A stretch of DNA of 39,689 nucleotides from a virus (taxonomy: Duplodnaviria; Caudoviricetes): IMG/VR virus record IMGVR_UViG_3300027192_000171, positions 1 through 39,689 of that record; one strand, 5' to 3'. Each line of letters begins with the position of its first letter. The stretch's first letter is position 1. The translations under genes and the position numbers were made by a program. This document shows, piece by piece, positions 27,437-35,103 of the stretch. The notes beneath the pieces were generated by a model. It was not told where the DNA came from. It ran no database searches and was given only the letters and a program-made list of their open reading frames with translations.

Positions 27437-27865
27437 ATGAAAAAAGAGATTAATTTACAAGCCCTTACGGGTGATGATGGTCAACTAGTAAGTCCAGGAT
27501 TACCAGAAGGCGTTAAAAATTATTTGATTGATATTGATGGTACAATAACGGATGATGTACCTAATGAAGAATCTGCAAGAATGCAATATGTTCAACCATT
27601 TCCAGATGCTCTTGAAATCTTAAATAAATGGTATGACGAGGGTCATGTTATTACGTTTTTTACATCAAGAACTGAAGAACATCGTGAAATTACAGAAACA
27701 TGGTTAAATAAACATGGTTTTAAATATAGTGGTCTATTGATGGGAAAACCACGAGGTGGAAACTATCATTGGATTGATAATCATATCGTAAAAGCAACTC
27801 GATATGTAGATAAATGGACTGACTTAGTGGAAAAAACAACAACAATAGAAGTTTTTAACGATTAA
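27437..27865 (+). CDS. HAD-superfamily phosphatase (capsule-associated / Bacteroidota type)
   Basis: IDIDGT, FFTSR, T..WL..HG..Y..L.MGKPRGG, IDN. Confidence 0.85.
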   Translation: MKKEINLQALTGDDGQLVSPGLPEGVKNYLIDIDGTITDDVPNEESARMQYVQPFPDALEILNKWYDEGHVITFFTSRTEEHREITETWLNKHGFKYSGLLMGKPRGGNYHWIDNHIVKATRYVDKWTDLVEKTTTIEVFND

Positions 27866-27867
27866 TT

Positions 27868-28491
27868 ATGGAATACATTAAACAAAAATTAACATACACC
27901 CATGCAGGAGAGTTATTAGATCAAAATGGAAATTCCATTATGATGGAATGGGAATGGCCTATCATGCAAAAACAAGCAGAGACTATTGCTGCCAAAGGTG
28001 GTAGAATTCTTAACATTGGATTTGGAATGGGTCTTATTGATTCATGTATTAATTCATATCCTAACGTTGAACATTGGATCATTGAAGCACATCCTGATGT
28101 TCAAGAAAAAATGATGTCACTGGGTTGGTTGAATAGGGCTAAATGTATTTTCAAAAAATGGCAAGAAGTACTTCCATATCTTCCACAATTTGATGGAATT
28201 TACATTGACACATGGGATGAAGATCTTACACCATTCTTAAGAAATGTTAAAAATATTCTTAAACCAGATGGCGTTTTTACAATGTTTAATAATCCTAGAG
28301 CAGACGTTAAAGGATTACATATGGATGAAAAAGAATATGAAGCTATTAGCACATGGGCCGATGTTAAGTTCGAAACTTTCCAAATTCCTTACGTTGCTCC
28401 TGAAAATGCACAAAGAACAGATGGTCAATTCTATTGGAGTACAAATCAAAGAACATATTGGAATCCTATCATTACACATAAGCAAAAATAA
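27868..28491 (+). CDS. SAM-dependent methyltransferase, Rmt2/GAMT-like
   Basis: MM.WE.P.M, ILNIGFGMG..D, IIEAHPDV, WQ.V, FDGIY.DT, LKPDG.F..FN. Confidence 0.85.
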   Translation: MEYIKQKLTYTHAGELLDQNGNSIMMEWEWPIMQKQAETIAAKGGRILNIGFGMGLIDSCINSYPNVEHWIIEAHPDVQEKMMSLGWLNRAKCIFKKWQEVLPYLPQFDGIYIDTWDEDLTPFLRNVKNILKPDGVFTMFNNPRADVKGLHMDEKEYEAISTWADVKFETFQIPYVAPENAQRTDGQFYWSTNQRTYWNPIITHKQK

Positions 28492-28883
28492 TGCAATTAA
28501 TTACAACGCATCCAATTAAAAAATCTGATCTTGGATTTCATGCAAATCTTTTTGGTGGCAAACTTCTTGCTTGGCTAGATGCAGCCGCGGCTGCATATGC
28601 TATGGAAATTTGCGATACACCGAGAATGGTTACCGTTGTAATAGATAAGTGTGAATTTAAGAAACCAGCAAAGGAAGGTCAATTGCTAAAAATGTATGGA
28701 AGTGTTAAAGCAATTGGAACTACATCTATCACATTATATCTTGAAGCTCGAGCCCATAATGTGTATTCAGGTCATCAAACTGTGATTTTATCAACTAATA
28801 TAAAGTTTGTTAGGATCGATGAAAATGGTGATCCAATTCCAATCAGTGACCGTGTAAAAGAAAAACACGAAGTGAAACAATAA
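28491..28883 (+). CDS. Acyl-CoA thioesterase (hotdog fold, YciA-like)
   Basis: NLFGG.LL.W.D, VTV, F.KP...G, G.TS, FV.ID..G.P. Confidence 0.9.
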   Translation: MQLITTHPIKKSDLGFHANLFGGKLLAWLDAAAAAYAMEICDTPRMVTVVIDKCEFKKPAKEGQLLKMYGSVKAIGTTSITLYLEARAHNVYSGHQTVILSTNIKFVRIDENGDPIPISDRVKEKHEVKQ

Positions 28884-28901
28884 ATTAATTTCTTGTATAA
28901 T
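28875..28901 (+). promoter_or_regulatory. Putative middle-class promoter AAAC-N17-TATAAT
   Basis: Conserved spacing; ends 4 nt before the ATG. Confidence 0.6.
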
Positions 28902-28905
28902 TAAT

Positions 28906-29718
28906 ATGCCAGAATTAGCCGAGTTAAAATTTACAGCAGATTATATTAACCTAATCTCCAAGGGTGAAAAGTTCGTTTCTTGTAGAAAGAACAAACAACA
29001 CAAGGGTGAAGAGTTAAATATTCCATTTGAAAAATTTAAATTAAAGGCAGAAAGTCAGGGTAAAGAACTTGTTCTTGTAATTCAAGATGCTTATTCAGAT
29101 AAGTTTATTCCAGTGAGAATGACAATGGGCATGAGTGGTTATTTTAAAATAACTAACACTGATGACGAACCTAAACATTCTCATCTTAAGTTCTATACTG
29201 ACGATGGAACTACTTTGAGTTTTGTTGATGTTCGAAGATTTGGCAAATGGAAACAAGGTGTTTGGTGGAGTGACAATCGAGGACCAGATCCTACTCGAGA
29301 GTTTAATAAGTTTGTACTAAACATACATAACAATCTTCATAAAGCGGCATTCAATTGGCCAATTTATGAAGTGCTAATGGATCAAAGATACTTTAATGGT
29401 ATTGGTAACTATTTAAGAGCAGAAATCTTATATCGTATTCCAACATTAAATCCAAATACAACTGCTCGAGAAGCAATAAAGTCACACCCAGAGGTGTTAG
29501 AACTTTGCCGAGATATTCCAATGTTGGCATATCAAAAAGGTGGAGGTAGTATTAAAGACTGGGTTAACCCCTTTCAGGGTGCAGAGGAAGTATATGAAAA
29601 TTTCATGATTTGTTATGGACGTAAAGGAATGTCCTATAAAGAAGATCGAAATGGTCGTAGATTTTGGTATGATCCAAAATGGGATAAATTTGATACAAAA
29701 AACGAAAAACATATATAA
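28906..29718 (+). CDS. Fpg/Nei DNA glycosylase, NEIL1-like (zincless finger)
   Basis: MPELAE, GKEL, GMSG, FVD.RRFG.W, DQR.FNGIGNYLRAEILYR, CYG..GM....DR.GR..W; no CxxC pairs. Confidence 0.9.
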   Translation: MPELAELKFTADYINLISKGEKFVSCRKNKQHKGEELNIPFEKFKLKAESQGKELVLVIQDAYSDKFIPVRMTMGMSGYFKITNTDDEPKHSHLKFYTDDGTTLSFVDVRRFGKWKQGVWWSDNRGPDPTREFNKFVLNIHNNLHKAAFNWPIYEVLMDQRYFNGIGNYLRAEILYRIPTLNPNTTAREAIKSHPEVLELCRDIPMLAYQKGGGSIKDWVNPFQGAEEVYENFMICYGRKGMSYKEDRNGRRFWYDPKWDKFDTKNEKHI

Positions 29719-29719
29719 T
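29692..29719 (+). promoter_or_regulatory. Variant middle-class promoter GATAC-N17-TATAAT
   Basis: One mismatch to GAAAC, same spacing. Confidence 0.4.
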
Positions 29720-29737
29720 AAAACAAAACCTAAACCG

Positions 29738-30337
29738 ATGAGCGTATATCACAAGTGGCGAACTGTATTCGTCCAAATTCCTAAAAATGCGTCCTCTGCT
29801 ATCCATCGAATTATGGAAAACCAGACAGATACATCGCATGACCATACCAAGTATGTAGATATTATTTCTTGGCATGATCCAGAATTAATTGAAAGTTATT
29901 ATTCATTTGCAATTTGTAGAAATCCTTACGATCGCTTTGTTTCAGCGTATGAATTTTTGCAACAAGGAGAATGGGAACTAAACCACCTAAGCTTTGAAGA
30001 ACTTGTAAAACATTTCCATTCAAAAGGTATTCATTTCTACACAGATCAAGATGTATTCTGGTGGCCTCAACATCGATTTGTTACAATTAAAAAGATTGTA
30101 TTGGTTGATAAGATTATTCGTTATGAAAATCTAGATCAAGATTGGCCACTAGTACAGGCTGAAATTATGAAGAACGTACCACCTAGATATGCATCGCTGC
30201 CTACTGAATTAAAACGAGAAAATCCATCACACATTAGAAATGGAAAATCATGGGAATCATATTATACACCAGAATTAAAAGAAATGGTATATGAAATGTA
30301 CCAGAGAGATTTTGAAATCTTTGAATATAAAAAATAA
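29738..30337 (+). CDS. Sulfotransferase family 2 protein
   Basis: FV.IPKNASS (5'-PSB), RNPYDRFVSAY (3'-PB), RYENL, Y.RDF..F.Y; start moved to ATG 29738. Confidence 0.85.
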   Translation: MSVYHKWRTVFVQIPKNASSAIHRIMENQTDTSHDHTKYVDIISWHDPELIESYYSFAICRNPYDRFVSAYEFLQQGEWELNHLSFEELVKHFHSKGIHFYTDQDVFWWPQHRFVTIKKIVLVDKIIRYENLDQDWPLVQAEIMKNVPPRYASLPTELKRENPSHIRNGKSWESYYTPELKEMVYEMYQRDFEIFEYKK

Positions 30338-30346
30338 AATATAATT

Positions 30347-31207
30347 ATGAATAACATTCTAGTCACAGGAGGAGCCGGGTTTGTAGGTTCTAATCTTATT
30401 AAACAATTAAAGAAAGATTATCCAGAAGCACGTATAGTGTCTTTGGATAACTATTTTACCGGTAAAGAAGAAAACCACGTAACTGGAGTTGAGTATTACC
30501 ATGGCCATACCTGGGAAGCCGATACAATCTTCGAAAACGATACATTCGATACAGTGTTCCATTTTGGTGAATACTCTCGTATTGTTCAATCCTTTAATGA
30601 CATAGATTTTGTTCATCGTTCTATTCTTTCTGGAACTCCAGTTATGTTAGAGCTTTGTAGAAAATGGGGTGCTAAACTCATTTACTCTGCATCTTCTTCT
30701 AAATTTGGTAATAGTGGTAAAGATGAAAACCTTTCTCCTTATTCTTGGATGAAATCTAAAATGGTAGAATTAATCAAGAACTATGGAGAATGGTTTGGTC
30801 TTCAATATGAGATTTGTTATTTCTTTAACGTATATGGTCCTGGTCAAATTATGACAGGAGATTATGCTACAGTAGTTGGAATCTTCGAAAGGCAGTGGAG
30901 AGCAGGAGAAGCGTGCACTGTTGTAAGTCCAGGAAAACAAAGTCGAGACTTTACACACATCGAAGACGTTGTGAAAGGTTTAACTAAAGCAGCTCTTAAA
31001 ATGGATAATCACGAATGGCATCTTAGAAGTGGAGTTAACGTAAGCATTGCTGAAGTTGCAGAAATGTTTGGTGAGTGGAAATTAATTCCAGAACGTAGAG
31101 GTGAGCGTTTCACTAGTGAAGATTTTCCATCTGATACTAATGAAAGATTAGACTGGTATCCTGAATGGGCATTACAAAATTGGATTAAAGAAGTTAAGTC
31201 TAGATAA
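30347..31207 (+). CDS. NAD-dependent nucleotide-sugar epimerase/dehydratase
   Basis: LVTGGAGFVGS, SASSS, PYSWMK (YxxxK), FNVYGP, RDFTHI.D. Confidence 0.92.
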   Translation: MNNILVTGGAGFVGSNLIKQLKKDYPEARIVSLDNYFTGKEENHVTGVEYYHGHTWEADTIFENDTFDTVFHFGEYSRIVQSFNDIDFVHRSILSGTPVMLELCRKWGAKLIYSASSSKFGNSGKDENLSPYSWMKSKMVELIKNYGEWFGLQYEICYFFNVYGPGQIMTGDYATVVGIFERQWRAGEACTVVSPGKQSRDFTHIEDVVKGLTKAALKMDNHEWHLRSGVNVSIAEVAEMFGEWKLIPERRGERFTSEDFPSDTNERLDWYPEWALQNWIKEVKSR

Positions 31208-31213
31208 TTAAAT

Positions 31214-31699
31214 ATGAATAGTAAAATTGTACTTGTAGGAAAAGCTGCCGCTGGTAAAGACTATTTGCGTAAAAGATTTATGCATAGAAATTTTACATAT
31301 GGAGTTTCTTGCACAACTCGATCACCTCGAGTAAAGGCTAGAGAGGTTCATGGAAAGGATTATTACTTCATGACAGAAGAAGAGTTTATCACTCTCGTAG
31401 ATTCTGGTGAAATGCTAGAGTATCAGAAATTTAATGGATGGTACTATGGCATTACAAAACAAGAATTTGAAAGATGTGATGTCATGATCATGAACGCAGA
31501 AGCTCTAGAAATGTTAGATGAAGAATATCGCAATCGATGTTTTGTAATTTATATTGATATTCCAATTGAAGTTAGAAGATCTAGAATTGTTGAAAGAAAC
31601 GATCCAGATGATAACTTTGAAAGAAGAATCCAGGCAGATGAACAACAATATGCAGAATTTAATAACTACGATATTAGAATAACTAATGAAGATTTTTAA
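31214..31699 (+). CDS. gmk: Guanylate kinase-like protein
   Basis: GKAAAGK P-loop, VS.TTR.PR..E..G.DYYF, W.YG. Confidence 0.85.
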   Translation: MNSKIVLVGKAAAGKDYLRKRFMHRNFTYGVSCTTRSPRVKAREVHGKDYYFMTEEEFITLVDSGEMLEYQKFNGWYYGITKQEFERCDVMIMNAEALEMLDEEYRNRCFVIYIDIPIEVRRSRIVERNDPDDNFERRIQADEQQYAEFNNYDIRITNEDF

Positions 31700-31706
31700 A
31701 AATCTG

Positions 31707-31733
31707 AAACTTTTACACATTTCCTAATATAAA
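31707..31733 (+). promoter_or_regulatory. Putative middle-class promoter AAAC-N17-TATAAA
   Basis: Conserved spacing. Confidence 0.55.
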
Positions 31734-31765
31734 CATTATATATAATATAACTTAACCAATTTATC

Positions 31766-32278
31766 ATGTCAAATATTTTATCAAAAGATCAACTCATTGA
31801 AATGCGAGTTGAATTAGAAGCAGAAGTAAACGAGAAGCAAGAAGCGGCGGCAGTAGCTAAGTTTGAAGTTGATTTTGAAACAACTTCAAATATTAATGCA
31901 GTTTTAAAGCAAATTGACAAAAGTTATAAGTGGACTATTAAAGACGCTGCATTTGCAATTAATCTTTACGACAACCTTAAGACAGAAAAGATCGCTATCA
32001 CTAAAAGTGGAGATATTTCTTGCACTATTGCATTGGGTATTGTTGATTTGAATACACTCTATAAGGTTCTTACTTCAATTGAAGGTGTAGGTATTGAATC
32101 TGCACGTACTTTTACATCACTACTAACAAACATTGGTAAGCAAATCACAGATGCTATGAAATCTATGGCTGACGTGAATCGTGAGATTCAAGAACTTCAC
32201 GTATCTCTTGGAGAACTGGATTCTAAAATCGCAGAGCTTTCAAAAGAAACGGTTGAAGCAGATGAAATTAGCCAGTAA
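31766..32278 (+). CDS. Hypothetical helical / coiled-coil protein
   Basis: 170 aa with heptad-like termini. Confidence 0.75.
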   Translation: MSNILSKDQLIEMRVELEAEVNEKQEAAAVAKFEVDFETTSNINAVLKQIDKSYKWTIKDAAFAINLYDNLKTEKIAITKSGDISCTIALGIVDLNTLYKVLTSIEGVGIESARTFTSLLTNIGKQITDAMKSMADVNREIQELHVSLGELDSKIAELSKETVEADEISQ

Positions 32279-32798
32279 AAGTAAAAACAGACTAGCAATC
32301 TTGGAGATGATCCAAGATTGCATTAGTACTGAAGAAATCTTTGAAACGGTTGATTATAAAAAACAATCCGAAGATAAGATCCAACATGCCATTTATCCAA
32401 GCCTGTTAAATAAATTAACAGATTACATTATGGATAAAAAAGGCTTTAGTCGTTCACTTGCTCGTGAAAAAGCAAAAACAATGATTAAATGGGAAGGAGT
32501 TACAAATAGTACTGTTCGTAACATCCAATTTATGGGTACTGCAAATCGACCTAACATGACGATCGATATCGAAGGTGTTAATATTGCTATTGAACTTAAA
32601 AAAGGAAATAGGGGTACTTCACTTAGAGAAGGATTTGGTCAAGCAATGATTTATTCAACGACATTTGACTTTGTTCTATATCTTTTTATCGATACGAGCG
32701 AAGATAGCAAAATCGTTAATGGATCTGCTGCAATTACAGAAGAAAACTTCTTAGAAAACATTTGGAACAATTTTAATATTAAATTCGTAGTAGTTTAA
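32262..32798 (+). CDS. PD-(D/E)xK-fold protein with PN in place of PD
   Basis: RPNMTI...IAIELK...GQAMIY; likely start ATG 32262. Confidence 0.55.
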   Translation: MKLASKSKNRLAILEMIQDCISTEEIFETVDYKKQSEDKIQHAIYPSLLNKLTDYIMDKKGFSRSLAREKAKTMIKWEGVTNSTVRNIQFMGTANRPNMTIDIEGVNIAIELKKGNRGTSLREGFGQAMIYSTTFDFVLYLFIDTSEDSKIVNGSAAITEENFLENIWNNFNIKFVVV

Positions 32799-33334
32799 TG
32801 AAATTATTTATAACATCGAACCAGCAGTTCGGTAGAGTTGGGGCCATTAAGGCATATTCGCGACCTTTTTCAAACGTTAATGAAATGAATGAACATCTCA
32901 TTAAACAATGGAATAGTGTAGTAAGCAATGAAGATACGGTATTTGTTTTAGGAAACTTTGCATGGCAACCTGAGGTTGCCGAAGTGTGTTTAAGCAGATT
33001 AAATGGTAATAAAATCCACGTCATGGATGGCGAATGGGATAAAGCTACACATGAACTTGCAAATAATGATAAAATTTCAGGCATCTATCATCTAACTGAA
33101 GGTATTAGATCATTAACATACATTAAAGCTGCACTTTCTTATTGGCCTCTTCAAGATTGGCCAAGAAAAAAGGAAGGTGCTATTTCTTTCATTGGGCATC
33201 CAGGAAAGTCATATAAAACAGATCATAAGAAACATATTGTTAACGTAACATGTGATCGTTGGGATTTTAAGCCCGTAAACGCTATAGAATTGGTCAAGCT
33301 CTATAACGATCCTGACCTTTCTGAAAAAAAGTAA
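32798..33334 (+). CDS. Calcineurin-like metallophosphoesterase homolog lacking metal ligands
   Basis: F..V.EMNE.LI..WNS.V...D.V..LG scaffold; motifs read TSNQQFG, LGNF, GEWD, SYWP, GHPG. Confidence 0.75.
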   Translation: MKLFITSNQQFGRVGAIKAYSRPFSNVNEMNEHLIKQWNSVVSNEDTVFVLGNFAWQPEVAEVCLSRLNGNKIHVMDGEWDKATHELANNDKISGIYHLTEGIRSLTYIKAALSYWPLQDWPRKKEGAISFIGHPGKSYKTDHKKHIVNVTCDRWDFKPVNAIELVKLYNDPDLSEKK

Positions 33335-33343
33335 AATATTTTC

Positions 33344-33402
33344 AAAAAAGTTGAATATTATTTTTTTATCTCGGGTTTTTTGCTTATATTTAACCTATAA
33401 TT
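33344..33402 (+). promoter_or_regulatory. Early-class promoter (variant upstream box)
   Basis: TCTCGGGTTTTTTGCT-TATATTTA-N4-ATAATT. Confidence 0.6.
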
Positions 33403-33448
33403 AAATGATAGACACTAAGACATCAAACAGATTGTTAATAACTTTAAG

Positions 33449-33508
33449 AAAATAATTAACGAAATGTTTTCATATGTCGAGTTTTTTGTTTATATTAGCT
33501 TTATAATT
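33449..33508 (+). promoter_or_regulatory. Early-class promoter of the sigma gene
   Basis: AAAATAATT-N33-TATATTAG-N4-ATAATT. Confidence 0.65.
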
Positions 33509-33528
33509 AAAAACAAATAGAAATACGT

Positions 33529-34122
33529 ATGGCAAACTACAGAGAAATGACCGCAAACTTTTTGCAAACTCGTTCAGAAGAATCATTCACAGCACTCTTT
33601 TATCGAATCAAACCAGGCCTTACCGCCTATGTTAATAAAATCGTTAAAGATCGTGAAGTTGCAGAAGATATCGCAATCAATACTCTAACAAAGCTATGGA
33701 CTAAGATTGATCAATATGATCCAAAGTATCAGATCACTACTTGGTTATATCGAATTGCTTTTAATGATGCATTAGGTTACATCAATAAGCGTAATAAGAA
33801 GTCTTCATTAGATCAACTTTCAGAATTTGGAGTTGAAGTGAATACTGCAGGTACTACAAACATTAATGATCTTCTTCTTGAGGTTGAAATGATGACCGAA
33901 CAAGATTACATTGATGAAGATAACCTTATCATGGAGCAATACACAAACGCTCTTACTGCTATGCAAAATCTTAGTAAAATCTATCGTGACATTGTAGTTG
34001 ACCGCTTGGTTAATAATATGAAATACGATGATATTGCAGAAAAACATGGCATTACTCTTCAAACTGTTAAGAATCGTATTCGTCGCGGTAAAGCGATTAT
34101 TGCTGAGCAAATCACTGCATAA
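33529..34122 (+). CDS. ECF-type RNA polymerase sigma factor
   Basis: Region 2 AEDI...TWLYRIAFN; region 4 Y.DIA...GI...TVK.RI.RG. Confidence 0.92.
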   Translation: MANYREMTANFLQTRSEESFTALFYRIKPGLTAYVNKIVKDREVAEDIAINTLTKLWTKIDQYDPKYQITTWLYRIAFNDALGYINKRNKKSSLDQLSEFGVEVNTAGTTNINDLLLEVEMMTEQDYIDEDNLIMEQYTNALTAMQNLSKIYRDIVVDRLVNNMKYDDIAEKHGITLQTVKNRIRRGKAIIAEQITA

Positions 34123-34334
34123 TGATAGTAGTAGTTTACAGAAAATCAGAAAAGAGTACCAAGAAATACATTAAAGTATTTCAAACCGAAGATACGCCGG
34201 ATCGTATTATTAACTTAAACGCCCGCAAACCTCTTATTCCAAACGAATATATCATCGACGAGATTGGAGTTGGAGAGTCTTTTATTAATTATTATAAATC
34301 TAAATTCAAGATTAAGAGTCATGAAATGGCATAA
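34122..34334 (+). CDS. Hypothetical protein
   Basis: TAATG coupling to the sigma gene. Confidence 0.7.
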   Translation: MIVVVYRKSEKSTKKYIKVFQTEDTPDRIINLNARKPLIPNEYIIDEIGVGESFINYYKSKFKIKSHEMA

Positions 34335-34485
34335 TGTTGACAACTGGGATGATGACCAGAATTACCAAGAATTTAATAGACCAAAAAAGAATTCTAAGGT
34401 AAAGAAAATGAAGAATCATAAAGATACAAAACGTGAAAAATCAAGAAAGTTTACAGACTTTAATTCAGGCGGTTTCGAAGAGTAA
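34321..34485 (+). CDS. Small charged hypothetical protein, 54 aa
   Basis: ATG 34321 preferred to the upstream TTG. Confidence 0.5.
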   Translation: MKWHNVDNWDDDQNYQEFNRPKKNSKVKKMKNHKDTKREKSRKFTDFNSGGFEE

Positions 34486-34927
34486 AAAGAAAATACTCTA
34501 TTTCGACATGGACGGTGTTTTGGCAGATTTTAATCAAGCTGTAGCAGAACGCGTTACACCTGAATTAGTTGTAAAATATGGTGAAAATATAGATCAAATT
34601 CCTGGAATCTTTAAGGATCTACAACCGATTCCAGGTTCGATCTATGCTTTTGAAGAACTTTCTAAATATTACGATTGTTATATTCTATCAACTGCTCCTT
34701 GGGGAAATCCAGAAGCTTGGATGGAAAAACGTCTTTGGGTTGAAAAACACTTAGGAGAAGTTGCCCACAAACGATTGATTCTTTCACATAATAAACACCT
34801 TAATCGAGGAGATTATTTGATCGATGATCGATTCGCAAACGGAGCAGATAGATTCGAAGGAGAGCATCTTCTTTTCGGAGGTGAAGATTTTCCTAATTGG
34901 TCTGCAATTTTAGAATATTTATTGTAA
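34433..34927 (+). CDS. 5'(3')-deoxyribonucleotidase (NT5C, HAD)
   Basis: FDMDGVLADF, YILSTAPW.NP, K..W...H, K....GDYLIDDR. Confidence 0.9.
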   Translation: MKNQESLQTLIQAVSKSKKKILYFDMDGVLADFNQAVAERVTPELVVKYGENIDQIPGIFKDLQPIPGSIYAFEELSKYYDCYILSTAPWGNPEAWMEKRLWVEKHLGEVAHKRLILSHNKHLNRGDYLIDDRFANGADRFEGEHLLFGGEDFPNWSAILEYLL

Positions 34928-34934
34928 ACGGTGA

Positions 34935-34942
34935 GATAAATA
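34935..34942 (+). promoter_or_regulatory. Putative late promoter GATAAATA
   Basis: Upstream of the basic peptide / ATP-grasp pair. Confidence 0.5.
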
Positions 34943-34964
34943 TAATTAAAAATTATATTTCATC

Positions 34965-35099
34965 ATGTCAAAAACAAAGGGAGGTTCTTTAAGATTAGAG
35001 AAACCTAAAAAGAAAAGACCGGGCGTCCACTCAAAGACTAAAACATCTAGAAGTAAGAACGCTACAAATTACAAGAAAAAGAATAGAGGACAAGGTTAA
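34965..35099 (+). CDS. 44-aa highly basic peptide ending NYKKKNRGQG; not in the ORF track
   Basis: Fills the gap between the promoter and the ATP-grasp gene. Confidence 0.7.
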   Translation: MSKTKGGSLRLEKPKKKRPGVHSKTKTSRSKNATNYKKKNRGQG

Positions 35100-35103
35100 T
35101 ACT

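Noticed and set aside
5457-28519. Alternate-frame + strand ORFs 5457-5657, 14241-14435 and 28244-28519
   Set aside because: Nested in well-supported genes, with no recognisable protein features.
29615-29737. Track's N-terminal extension of the sulfotransferase, and similar extensions at 18554, 26731, 32181 and 34264
   Set aside because: They overlap upstream genes or promoter motifs; downstream ATGs (29738, 18569, 26755, 32262, 34321) fit better.
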